NCBI GenBank assembly: GCA_963575745.1
Contig: CAUYUJ010000002.1
Location: forward strand, 434,001-498,000
Reading direction: 5' to 3'
DNA: 64,000 bases
DNA from: Prorocentrum cordatum
Taxonomy: Eukaryota
In this document: piece after piece, positions 1 to 11,117 of the stretch
Layout: every line of letters begins with the position of its first letter
How positions within the stretch are numbered: the first letter of the stretch is position 1
Program-made: the position numbers and the translations under genes
Notes under the pieces: model-generated
Seen by the model: only the letters and a program-made list of their open reading frames with translations
The model's database searches: none
What the model was told of the DNA's origin: nothing

Positions 1-1339
1 GGGCACGGATGCCCCTCCTCTTTGTGGATTCCTCCTGATGTTCGTCTTCACGGACTCCACTTCTCCTTCTGCTCCTGTCCCTCCTTCCCGTTCAGCCCTC
101 GTCTTCGCCGCCGTCATGCTCCTGGGCTGGTGCCAGGAACCAACCTCGGATCGACACGACGCGAACCCGCGGTACGGTCAGGAATTCTGCTGCTTCAGAT
201 TCTGAGCCCAGGCTCGGTGTGTTCGCCTTCCTGGCCAGGCCAGGTGGGGCATTCAGCGGCGCGCCAATTGGGGGGGAGACGGAGGGGACGGGCCTTCCCA
301 GAAGGCTCAGGAGACCTTCTGAGAAGCTTCCGGAGCTCCCCTTCGGGTAGGACTTCTTCGAAGCCCCGCCGCCTCCCGGGGAGGCCTGCCCCCGCTTCCT
401 TCCCCCCCTCTTGGCGCCCTAGCCGAGCGCAGCCACCGGTCCCAGGCCCAGGGTGGAGGCGGTGAGGATCGGGGCAAACTCCGGCGCCCCTCGAGGAGTG
501 GAGCCCGGGGCCGGAGTGATCGACCGGCGGTCCTTCTTGCAGTTCCCCCCGCTTCTGATCCTGCTCCTCCTCTTGCGCCTCTGGAGCGCTTGCTGCTCCT
601 CCCTCCGCCTGCTCTTCCTGCTCCTCCCGCCCCTGCACTTCCTTCGCCTGCTTCGCCTCCTGCTCCTCGTGCCCACAGTGCTCCTCCTCGTGCGCATCTT
701 GCTCCTGCTCTTCCTCCTCCCCCCTCCTCCCCCCCCTACTCCTTCTCCTCCCCCCTCTTCTTTCTGCCTTCTTTTTCCGCGCGCTCCCCCTCCTTCCTTC
801 TCCTCGGCGTCCTCACCCCGCTCGCTGTGGGCCTGGGCTCCTTTGTCCCCCTCCTCCCTCTCCCTCCCGACCCTGCCGTGCTGCTGGCTCCTCGGCTCTG
901 GCAGCGCCGCAACCCGCCTCGCCCTGCCGCCCCCACCCCCCCGGCCCCTCCTGGCGGAGCACACGGCTCGCGCGCTCCCCGTGCCGCCGCGTGGAGCTTC
1001 CCCGGCGGCCCCCGGTTACCCATCTCGGCTCGCCTTGTGGACGACGATCCGTGGAGAGGACGCACGTTGCCAAGTAAGTCCCAGATGTCTGAAGCATGCT
1101 CAAAACATGTCTTGAGCATGCTAAGCATCATGTCTTCAGACAGTGTCAGCGCATTTTCTGACATGTTTTTAATCCACATTCTCAACTCAATGATCGGATC
1201 GTTACGGTGTCCATTGTCAAGGGTGCCCTCGAGGGCGCGAAGTTCTTCGCGCTTCGCGGTTCGGCTCCGATTCCTCCTCATCTTCCTCTTCTCCCCTAGA
1301 AGGCGGCGCGAGAGCGCGAAGTTATTCGCATTTCGGGCT

Positions 1340-2690
1340 TCGCGCGGGAGCCCTTGCTGCCCTCGCATGCCGCCCCCCGCCCACGACGTCTCACCGCTCA
1401 CACGTTTCGTGCACCCTCAGCGGGAGCTCCACTTACGGCCCAAGCGGCAACCTTCGCATGAAGCCCCCCGCCCGTTTTGGCACACTCCTCACATGGATCG
1501 TGCCCCATAGGGAGCTCCACAGCGTTCGCATGCCGCCCCCTCGTTCATTTTGTCACACCCCTCGCACGGGTCGTGCCCCACAGGAAGCTCCGCCCACGCG
1601 GTCCCGCAGGAAGCGTTCGCATGCCGCCCCCGCCGACGTCGATCTTCCCTTCACGTTCCGCGCGCCGTCACAGGAAGCTCCACAAGTAGCCCCAGCGACA
1701 ACTTCCCCGTGCAGCCCTCCGCCCGCTTCGGCACTCGGAGTTTGATGGACCTCCTACCCTGGCGTCGATTATTGAATTGGCCGTTTTCGGTTCACGAGAT
1801 TGCGTCGCGACCGTCATTTTTGCGGGTCCAGGTCCGTAGATCTCGGTCCTAGGCCGTTTTCATGAAAGGGAGGTTGCCAAAGGGAGGTTTGTCCCCGCCG
1901 AAGCACACCTCGCACGGCGGCTCGTGTCCCGCAGGGAGCCCCGCCCACGGCGCTAGAGACAATACAGTGCCGTTTTTAATACATGCTCCGCGTGCGGAGC
2001 ATGTATTAAAATTCAGGGATTTAGTGCTAAAAACAACGATGAGTTCATGCATCAATTCATTCATACATTAATCATGTCTCAAACATCCTATAGTTTTGAA
2101 AATCCCATGTATTAATAACTGCCCTGTAGTCACACGAGTCGCACCGGGGCCTCGGAGACATCGCGCTCTCACGCCATCTCGGCACGCCCACGGGCAGCGC
2201 CGCCCGCGCGCCGCCCCCCCGCCGAGGGTGGCGCACCTCTCGCGTGGTGCGTGCCGCACGGGGAGCTCCGCCTGCGGCTCCAGGGACGACACATTCGACT
2301 GCGCCCCATGGGGTCGTCGTTTCGACGCACCCCTCGCGGCTCGTGCCCCGCAGGGGCTTCATTTGCGGCCTCGAGATCAGCGTTCGCATGCCGCCCCCCG
2401 TCCGTTTGGGCACCCCTCGCGGGTGTCGCGCCACCCCCTCCAGGGAGCTCCACCTGCGGCCCCACGGGCAGCGCTCACATGCCGCTCCCCTGCCCGTGCC
2501 GGCGCACACCTCGCACGGATCGCGCGTCACGGGGAGCTCCAATTGTGGCACGAGTGGCCGCGTTCGCGCGAGGGGGATGGTTCGGCCCGATTCAGGAGAC
2601 CCCCATCCACGCGGATCGCGCCCCGCACGAAGTGCTGCGGAGTTCTCTTCGCGCTTGTGTTGCAGCTCCCTGTCCATTTTGCCCCGCGGC
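1340..2690. repeat. Degenerate ~75-bp GC-rich tandem repeat interrupted by MITEs
   Basis: Recurrent CGTTCGCATGCCGCCCCC...CTCGCACGGATCGTGCCCC...GGGAGCTCC. Confidence 0.7.
1965..2126. mobile_element. Tc1/mariner-type MITE
   Basis: TA|CAGTGCCGTTTTTAATACATG ... CATGTATTAATAACTGCCCTG|TA. AT-rich and inserted in a GC-rich tandem repeat. Confidence 0.75.
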
Positions 2691-3751
2691 GCGCAGTAAG
2701 AACAAGAGAGGTGCTTATCCTGCGCTACATGCAGCTGCATAGGGTTGGGACCCTCGCCAGGCTCATTTCTGGTCGCTGCTCGTTCGTGTTGCCTTCTCCT
2801 CCCTCCTCTCTCTTCTTCGCATCCTCCTCGTCCGTTCCCTCATCTTCCCCCATGTTTCTCGCTCCTTCGTCCCTCCTCTTCGATACTCCTCCACCAACCC
2901 TGCCCACCTTCCTTCCTCCCCACCTCGTCCTCATCCGTTCCCCCTCCCTCCTCATCCATCGCACTCCGTTCTCCTCCTCCCCCTCCTCCTCTTGTGGGGG
3001 GAAGCCTCCTCCTCCTGCCCCTTCCTCCTCCTTTTCCTCTCCCTCCTCCCTCCTTCCCCCCCCGTCTGCGAGCACGACCGATCGCAACCACTTCGGACCG
3101 ATCGTAAACCACTTCGGACGGATCGCAACCAGTTGCGATCGGTCCGAAGTGGTTGCGATGTTTCTGGGTCGTTTCAATAAGGTTTTATGGAGGAAGAGAT
3201 CATAAGAGCGCTTCTTGGTTCAATGGGTTCCCTTAAGTCGACCAATGGGAATCTGACAAAGACGGTTTTGATCGGTCCGATCACAGACGGCCGATCATGA
3301 TTTCAGTTAAACGCATGTATTGGAGCTCGATCATGGCCATGATCCGTATACGATTCCTATGTGATTCGAATACGGTTGAAACCGAAACTGTGCGACAACG
3401 CCTGGCGTGAATCGAATTGCATCTCAGGAGGGGGAGGAGGAGGAGGAGGAGGAGGAGGAGGAGGAGGAGGAGGAGGAGGGAGGAGGAGAGGGAGGAGAGA
3501 GGAGGAGGAGGAGGAGGAGGAGGAGGAGGAGGAGGGGGGAGGAGGAAGGGAGAAGGAGGAGGGGAGGGAGGCAGGACAGGAGCAGGAGGACCAGGAGCAG
3601 GAGCAGGAGGAGGAGGAGGAGGAAAAGGAGGAGGAGGGGGGGGAAACGGAAGAGGACAGGATGGCAAAGCGGGTAGACGCGGCGGCCCAAACCCCCAACG
3701 TCATGACTTTTCCAGGACGTCGTCCCCCAGAAGTCTGGACGAATTCCCCTA

Positions 3752-3961
3752 CGGTAGGTTCGTGCGGCGTCGGCACCCGCAAGGTTTTTGGCACCGCGTG
3801 GACCGTTCAACCTTGAATCGATCGCGGCCCCGATCGTTCAATGTTGAATTTCGTCGGGTACATCGGGCCCAACGTGTCCCTCGGTGCTTCCGCGTCGCAG
3901 AAAGCAGCCTTGAACGCCTTCGCCAACGTCGCCGGCGCGCCAACGCCGCATGAACCTACAG
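3752..3961. mobile_element. TA-flanked MITE (second copy ~44877-45066)
   Basis: TA|CGGTAGGTTCGTGCGGCGTCGGC ... GCCAACGCCGCATGAACCTACAG|TA. Confidence 0.75.
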
Positions 3962-4629
3962 TAGACCAGCATTGCATAATGAGTCATTTTTGGACGGCCC
4001 CTGGGCCCGGCGATGGCCCCCCGAGCCCGAAACAAAAACATATGTTTTCACGACGCCAGGCGGTCTGGGCCTGTGGTGGTTGCGGGAACCATGGCTGGGG
4101 GACGTGTGCGCCCTGCGCGGCCTGCGAGACCTTTTGGCGCCCGGCGACACGCAGGACCTGTGGGACCTGCGGGGCCTGCGGGGCAGACAGAACGGCGGGT
4201 TCCTTGGGATTTTTGCGACCTGTGGGAACTGTGGAAATGTGCGACCTGTGGGGCGTGTGGGGCCTTTTGAAACTATTGGGGCCCTTCGCTACCACGATTA
4301 GAACCCTCTAGCGCAACGCAACCAGGAACAAGCACATCTCAGGATGAAAAGACTTCTCGGAGGGATAGGTGGACGAGGAGCCGTTGGACGAATGATAAAA
4401 AATGCCCAGATGACTGCGATCTGGGCGGGCGCGGCACACTGCCCCATTCCCAGAGACCACACTCTCATCCTGAATCCCCCTCCTCCTCCTCCTCCTCCTC
4501 CTCCTCCCTCCCTCCCTCCCTCCCTCCCTCCCTCCCTCCTCCTCTTCCTCCCTCCTCCCTCCTCCTCCTCCTCCTCCCTCCTCCTCCCTCCCTCCTCCTC
4601 CTCCTCCTCCTCCTTCTCCTCCTCCTCCT

Positions 4630-6633
4630 GGCAGCGGGGCCCCGGAGACCCCGAGTCCGGGGGGATCTCCGGGGCGCTCGGCGCGCGGCGCGGGCCCTTT
4701 CCCGCAGGCCGCCGCCCGCCCCGCCCCCATGTGCGTGGCCGCGAACGCGGCGGAGAGGTTGGGCACCGTCTCGACACCTCCCGGCCGGGTGCCAGACCGC
4801 CCAGAAGGTCTGGGAGGCGTGGCCCCCGGCCAGATAGCCGCCCTGCCCCTCCAGCTCGGGCGGCAGTTCGGCGCCTGCCTGCGCGCAGTCAGTCGCCGCC
4901 GCCCAGCGCCGGCGCCGCCGCCCGGCTCCCCGCCGCAGCAGCCCGGCCAGCTCCCGCAAGCGCCCGGCGCCCTCCTCCGCCGGCAGCGTCGCCGCCCCGC
5001 GCAGCGTCCCCGGCGGCCGCCGGCGCCAGCGCCGCCCGCGCCGCCCGCGCCGCCGCCGCCTGGCCCGCCTAGCGGGTCCTCGCCGTGCTCCGCGCCGGCG
5101 CCGCAGGCCGGCGGGCGCACGCCTAGCTAGCGCGCGGGCGGCGCGCCGCCGGCTCGCCGCCGCCAGCCCCGCGGCGCACCGCCCCGCGTGCAGCGAAGCA
5201 TGCGGAGCGGAGCGCCTCGGCGTTGCCCCGCTGAAGGGTCGCCGCGAGGCTCTGGCGCGCCGCCGCGAGCGCCTCCGCGTCTCCGCGCACCCAGGTGCGC
5301 AAGAGCGCCTGCGCCTCCTTCCCAGCGCGCCCGAGGGCCTCCAGCGCGAAAGCCGTCAGCGCTGGGCCCGGGTAGCGCGCGTGCTTGCGCTCCTCCCAGG
5401 CAGCGGCAGCGGCGCCGTCCCGGGCGGCGCGGCCCCGGCCCGCCGGCGCGTTCGCGCCGAGAGAGGCGTCAGTAACCACCACGTCGACGTAGGCAACGCC
5501 GACCGTGGGGTCTGTGAAGGCCACGTCGAGGCGAGCGGCCTCCACGGTGCCGTCAGGGCGCGCGCGGTCCCAAGCGGGCACGAATTGCTCCGTGGCCACG
5601 CCTGTCGCGCCGCGGGCGCCGAGCCAGCGGGCGAGCCAATCCCGGACGCCGTCGTGGCGCTGGATCGTGCCGCCGCCGACGTGGCAACCCAGGCAGTGCC
5701 CCACCGTCAGGTCGGCCCCGCAGCGCGTGCCGTCCTCCCTGCACCGGCAGCAGGTGGCGCTGGCGGTCGCTGGCAGCGGCAGCTGGAGGCGCAGCGCGAG
5801 GGCTGGGAGGAAGTGCGCGTCCGCCAGCACGTGGTCCTCCGCAGCTGGCGGCTGGAGCCAGCTCCCCGCTCCCTTCCCGCTGGCCGAGCGTAGCTGCGCT
5901 GCCCGGTCTGGTGGCAAGGAGCCCAGGAGCCGCTGCCGGCGCGCGTGCTGCTACAGCGCCGCGAGGGCGCGCTGTGCTTTCGCCTGCGGCTCCGCGGCGG
6001 CGCACAGCCAGGTCGCGCCGCGCACCTGGAGAGCGCGGCCCGCCCCCTCGGCCGCCCCCCACGCAGCCGGGCAGGCGAGCTGGAAAGCCTCGAGGCTGGA
6101 GAGTCCGAGCTCACTGCAGACGCCCGCCAGGCACGCCTGCCAAGCCCCCACGAAGGCGGGCAGGCGGCGGTGCGCGAGGCCCTGCAGCCCGAGCCCGCCG
6201 CCAGCGCAGGGCAGGAGGGCCAGGTCGCGCGCGTCGTCTGGCAGAGTCTGGTGCCCAGTGAGCGGCCGCAGGATCTCGTGCACGTGGCCGAGAACCGCCG
6301 CGTCGTACGCCTGGAACCATGCCTCGTCCAGGAGGTGCGCTCGCGCGTGGTGCAAGGCCGCGCCGTTGGCGAAGGTGCGGAGCAGGACGAGCTCGTCCTG
6401 GGCGCGCAGCCCGTGCCCTCGGAGCCGGCGGAGGGCCGCGAGGTAGGCGTCGAGGTGGTCTCGGGCCGCCTGCGGAGCGGCCGTCGGCGAGAAGCTCGCC
6501 CTCGCGGGGTCGGCGCCCGGGCCTGCCCCCGCCGCGTTGCGTACGTAGGGCAGCGTGCTTCCCACGCACGTGAGGTCGGGCACTGCTGCCCTCGCCAGCG
6601 GCCCTGGGAGAGGCAAGTCTCGAGGGTTCCACA
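4630..6633 (-). mobile_element. 5'-truncated CRE-clade (RLE-type) non-LTR retrotransposon
   Basis: ORFs 5951-6634 and 5123-5917 share a frame and are separated by a single TAG (5951-5953). The product shows the RT C-terminus/thumb (VWNP...VGS; LALLPCAGGGLGL), GAGSWL, a CCHC knuckle (CxC...HCLGC), RHD, and RLE motifs (RLDV..YVDV..EERKHARY..FALEALGR..LQRGNA). A GC-rich 3' UTR runs to 4630. CCTCCTCCTCCT flanks both ends (4618-4629, 6634-6645). Confidence 0.85.
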
Positions 6634-6634
6634 C
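5123..6634 (-). pseudogene. C-terminal half of CRE-type RT/zinc-knuckle/restriction-like endonuclease ORF, one premature stop
   Basis: Reads ...QRALAAL*QHARRQRLLGSLPPDRAAQLRSASGKGAGSWL... in one frame, with the motifs listed for the element. Confidence 0.85.
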
Positions 6635-6909
6635 CTCCTCCTCCTATTGGAGCAAGTTTGACTGAGACCGCCTTGTGGTTTGATGCGGCCGCGCTTTGTT
6701 ATAAAAAGATCGTGTAGGTTCTTGCAACAGCTCCGCGTTCCAAGAATATGTCGCGGCAGGCCTATAGGGATGCCAGAACGGTCGGTCCCTGCTCACGCCT
6801 TCAGGCAGCGCCAGACGCGCCCCCCTGGGAGGCCCGAGGAGCCCAGGAGTCCAGACGCGCTCGCACCCCGATCATGATCGGGCCGCAGGGTGTTTTCGTC
6901 CTGGTCGGC

Positions 6910-7130
6910 CTGAAGCCTTTCAGAGGCCCCAGAGAAGCCTTTTCAGAGGCCTCGAGGAAGCCTTTCAGAGGCCTCTCAGAAGCCTTGCAGAGGCCTCTCA
7001 GAAGCCTTTCAGAGGCCTCAGAGAAGCCTCCCACAAGCCTCAGAGAGCCCTTTTAGAGGCCTCTCGAAAGCCTTTCAGAGGCCTCTCAGAAGCCTCGCAG
7101 AGGCCTCAGAGAAGCCTTTCAGAGGCCTCA
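6910..7130. repeat. ~21-bp minisatellite (AGAAGCCTTTCAGAGGCCTC)
   Basis: Direct inspection. Confidence 0.85.
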
Positions 7131-7300
7131 GCAGGAGCTCTTGGATCGGTTGCAATCCGGAGTTCTCCTGACAGGTTTGTATAGGAATCCTTCAGGTTGC
7201 GATCAGTCCGTATCCAGGGGTTGCAATCCGACCGAAGTGGTTTATGATCGGTCCGAAGTGGTTGTGATCGGTCTTATTCCCTCCCGTCTCCCCCTCCCTA

Positions 7301-7501
7301 AGGGGAACGACCAATGACATATATAAACATAGAAACTCGGAGGTCCGCGCGGAGTTCTCGGATCGGCGTTGGGACCCCCGCTGGCGGCGCCTCCGGCGCC
7401 GCCCCTGGCGCGCGGAGCGCGCCAGGGAGGGTGTCCAGCGCCCATCCGAGAACTCTGCGCGGACCTCCGAGTTCTTATGTTTATGTCATTCTTCGTTTCC
7501 C
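7301..7501. mobile_element. Fold-back MITE family (related copies ~11635-11780, 22350-22600, 36030-36150, 42145-42340)
   Basis: About 60-bp imperfect TIRs (GGGAACGA..ATGACAT..AACTCGGAGGTCCGCGCGGAGTTCTCGGAT) around the core GGCGGCGCCTCCGGCGCCGCCCCTGGCGCG. Confidence 0.75.
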
Positions 7502-8388
7502 TATTTTCCTCTCCATCCTCCCTACTTCCCCCCTCTCCCCCTCTTTCCCCTGCCTCCTCGCCTCCGCCGCGTGACCGCAGTAGCGAGCGGCAAACAGTGC
7601 CTGCTGGCGCGGCGAGCCTGCGCAAGTGACGCGGCGCTCGGCCTGACAGGGAAAAAAAGGCTTGGCTTGCCGCGTGATTTTCGGGGGGGGGGGGGGGGGG
7701 GGCGCGCCCCGCATCCCCCCCTTGTTCCTCTCCTTCTTACCCTGTTATCTTCGCCCCTTCCCCCCTCCCTGTGCTCCGCCTTCGTCGCCCACCCCCCTCG
7801 TCCCCCTAGTATTCGTCTTATCCTTCTTATTATTCTGCATATTTTGCTTCTTCTCAGTGTTATCCATATGTTTTCTTGTTGCTGTTAGTCGGGTGTGTCT
7901 TATTCGTCCTATCCTTCTTCTCCTTATCAAAATGGTTGTACTTAGTGTTACCATGTGTGTGATACTGATAATGGTGTTATCCTCGCGGTTTTCTTTTTTA
8001 CCATTATTTCTCCCCCTTCTCCCTCCTCATTCCCCCCTCCTCTTCCTCCTCTTTCTGCTGCTCGTCCTTCCAATCCTCCTTTCTCGACGACCCCCTCTCC
8101 TCCTCCTCGCCGCCCTTCATCGTCACATTCCGCGGGCCCCGCCGTGCTCTCGCTGCTGACGATCCGTAGCGTAGCATTAATTCGCTTCTTCGTTACGTCT
8201 CCGATTGCCTGGGTGTAAGTAGGTATCAGTGTTCTGATAGTTCATGTGTTTTGTCTCTGCTCGTTCATTCCTTCGCCCTCGCCGTGTTCGTCCTCTTCTT
8301 CTCCCTCCTTCCGAGCCCGTCGTTGCCACCGTCGTCGTCATAGTGGTCTTTGCGTTGGCCGTTCTCTTCGTCGTGGTCTCGTCGTCGT

Positions 8389-8420
<32 letters not shown>

Positions 8421-8694
8421 CCGCCGTCGTCGACGTCGTCGCTTCCGTCGCCGTCGTCGTCGCCGCCGTCGCCGCCGTCGTCGCCGTCGTTGTCGTCGTC
8501 GCGCCGCGGCCGTCGCGTCGTCGTCGTCGTCGCGGTCGCGGCCGCCGCCCCCCTCCCCTTGGGAGCGAACGACATGTCCGTGCCCACCACCCCGCGGGCT
8601 GGGCCCCTGGGACGCGACCCCGCTGATATCGGCCACGCGCAGAGGAGGCGGAGGAGGAGGAGCAGAAGCAGGAGGAGGAGGAGGAGGAGGAGGG

Positions 8695-8716
8695 TCCGTA
8701 GCCATTTTGGCTCAAG
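8695..8716 (+). other. Exact dinoflagellate spliced leader (DinoSL) integrated in genomic DNA
   Basis: TCCGTAGCCATTTTGGCTCAAG, 22/22 to consensus DCCGTAGCCATTTTGGCTCAAG. It is followed directly by a degenerate relict SL, CCATTTGGCTCTGG (8717-8730). Confidence 0.95.
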
Positions 8717-9070
8717 CCATTTGGCTCTGGCCTGTCCGTTGGCCCCCTGCTCCCGGACCTTGTCCCCGGGCGTACCTTGCGACCCCAGCTTCACGGGGCA
8801 ACGCGGCGTGCGTGGGGGACTTGGGGGAGTAGGGCTCTTGGCTCGCGGGCAACTGGTGCGGGAGGGCGATGGTGTTGATCGCCCAGATCGGCGGACTCCT
8901 GCCGCACGGCGTGCGGCCAGGCAGTGGGCTCGCCGTTCCGCTGACAGAGCAGTCATCAAACTCTCAGGGGAGCTGGCGAGGGTGCGCGGCGCCCACGGGC
9001 AGCTGGTGCACCGTGTCGGAGCCATCGTCGACGATTCGGCACCGGCGGATCGCGTCCTCGCCCTTGTTTA

Positions 9071-9222
9071 CCAGCCTCGAACGTATCCCTATCCCTAAGA
9101 TTGACACGCCAAAAGGCGATGACAATCTTAGGGATTCGCCCTCGAAAAATAAGGGAATCCCTAAGATTGGCATCGGGATGAGGCGATGCCGAACATAGGG
9201 ATAAGGATATGTTCCAGGCTGG
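9071..9222. mobile_element. TA-flanked MITE inserted in the SL-headed retrocopy
   Basis: TA|CCAGCCTCGAACGTATCCCTATCCCTA ... TAGGGATAAGGATATGTTCCAGGCTGG|TA. Confidence 0.85.
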
Positions 9223-11117
9223 TAACTTGTTCCCCATCTCCTGTCTCTCCTTCGCGGAGAGGTCCCGCTGCTGGCCGACGTGCGGAGGCGCAGCGTGGCC
9301 CTCCACGCAGACGCGGGCGGCGCCAGCGTGGCGGCAGCGTCAGACAAGCAGGTGGAAAGGTTTCCAGAAGGGGCCTAGGCTGGAGTGCAGGCGGCTGGGA
9401 TGCGCTGCTCCGGAACCTCCCCACCCATTCATGCTTAACCCCCAGGCCGAGCGTTTCGTTCCCATGGCTGGTGGCGGCGAGCAGCCCGCGGCGGCCACTG
9501 GTGGTACGGGCGTACACAAAGAGTGCGATTCGGAGGGAGAGCTTGCCAGAGACATACCTACTGCTGATGTGCAAGAGGAGCCGTCATCAGAGCGGTCCGG
9601 TTCGGAGGCAGCGGATGATACAGATCGTTTGGCCCCTCCTGCCCTTGAGTTTCCTGCGGATGTCTGCGAGCCGCGGGACAGCTCTGACACGATCGAGGCG
9701 GAGCCTGTCGGTGGTGGGGGTAGTCACTGCCGCGCGCGTCGACGGCACGGAGGAGTCGGTCCCAGGCGGGACGGGCGCCTTCCAGCCACTTTATGCTGCA
9801 GAGTTGGAGTTTGTGATGGCCTCGGATTCTAGCTCGGACTCGGACGTCAGGACCCCGTGGTACGGGACAAGCGAGGCCGACCTATGGGCAGAGAGCAGGT
9901 GTGGGAGGAGTACCTCGCCATGGACTCCCGCGGCTCTCGGCTGCCTGGCTGGCTGCGCCCGCAGTTCGAGGAGCTGGAGGAGTTCTTTGGCATCGTCCAG
10001 GACTGATCTTCCTTGTTTTTCCTGTCTCATCGCAGGCTTTACTAGCGGTGACTGTAGTAGATGAACCAACGGGAGCCAACAGGAGGATGAGTAGGATGAG
10101 GAGGCGGAGGAGGCGGAGGAGGCGGGGGAGGGGGCGGGGGAGATGAAGGGGGAGAGGGAGGGGAAGAGGGAGGCGGAGGAGGAGGCGGAGGAGGAGGAGG
10201 AGGAGACGGGGGAGGAGGAGGCGGAGGAGGAGGAGGAGGAGGAGCGGGGAAAGCTTCTTGGAAGGAGGTCTGTTTCTCAGACGGCGCGAGTCGTTCGAAA
10301 GCTAAAGCCGGCGCGCGGCTGCGGCGGCACATAACAACGGCAACGGCTCTGTCATGCACACGGCTTCTGTGGCGTGCGCGTGCCATGTGGTCTACACAGG
10401 CGCTGTGGTGCACGTGGGCCCTGCGACGCAGGCGCTCAGGCGCTCCATCTTTTGGTACACGCAGGAACTGTGGAGCACGCAGGCACTGCGGTGTACACAG
10501 GCGCTGTGTTGCACACGGCTGTTGTGGTCCACGCAGGCGCTGCGGGTGTACAGGCGCTGCGCTGCACGCGTGCCCCCCCCCCCGCCCCCACCCCGCGCAC
10601 CCACCCCAATCGTTACCGTTACCCCGCCCCGGCCCCCCCCCCGCCCCTCCCCCGTAACAGACGTTACGGGCCCAGAATAAAACAACGCGTTCATGAAACA
10701 TCGTAGCAGATCAGGACTGGAGCCCTAGGTTATGCGCCATTTGTTCAGCCAGTTCGATCCGTGATGGCCCTGGGGCCTGGAGCTCAGCGAAAACGCTTGC
10801 CTCAAACTTTCTGCGCCGTTTTTCTGAGCCGGTTCAATCCGTGATGGCCCCAGGGCCCGAAACTCTGCGCAAACGCTGGGCTCGAGACGTGGGGGCGTCA
10901 GGGTCTCAGAGCGGGTAGCAGTGGTTACGGTGGGGACCCATGCCACGAAACACCCCTGCATGCCTCCAGGGTGCCCTGGGCTTCCTGGGCTTCGATGCTT
11001 TTGTGATGGAAAGCGTGACGCTCCCACACCAGAAATCAATGGACGTCCTGGGATGGGCTTCTTGTCGAAGGTTCCTTGTGGCCTGGCCTCCACTGTGCGT
11101 TTGCCGCTCCGGCACAG

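Larger units (their letters stand above)
8695..10070 (+). pseudogene. SL-headed retrocopy of unknown transcript (decayed; possibly LINE ORF1-like)
   Basis: SL plus relict SL, then a protein-like frame (RAVIKLSGELARVRGAHGQLVHRVGAIVDDSAPADRVLALV*LVPHLLSLLRGEVPLLADVRRRSVALHAD after removing MITE 9071-9222). Flanked by (GAG)n at 8641-8693 and 10081-10243. Confidence 0.55.

Noticed and set aside
736..1401. 221-aa ORF with a protein-like middle
   Set aside because: No recognisable motif. It spans repeats and a palindromic AT-rich block, so it is unsupported.
5951..5953. Stop-codon reassignment/readthrough (in-frame TAG here and at 38219)
   Set aside because: Both occur in truncated or frameshifted copies. 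Single substitutions are a simpler explanation.
8695..8760. SL RNA gene
   Set aside because: The SL is followed by CC (and by GG at 56246), not by the GT donor and intron of an SL RNA gene. These look like integrated trans-spliced RNAs.
10042..10701. ORFs over an ~18-bp degenerate repeat (10340-10560)
   Set aside because: Tandem repeat open in several frames, with no coding evidence.
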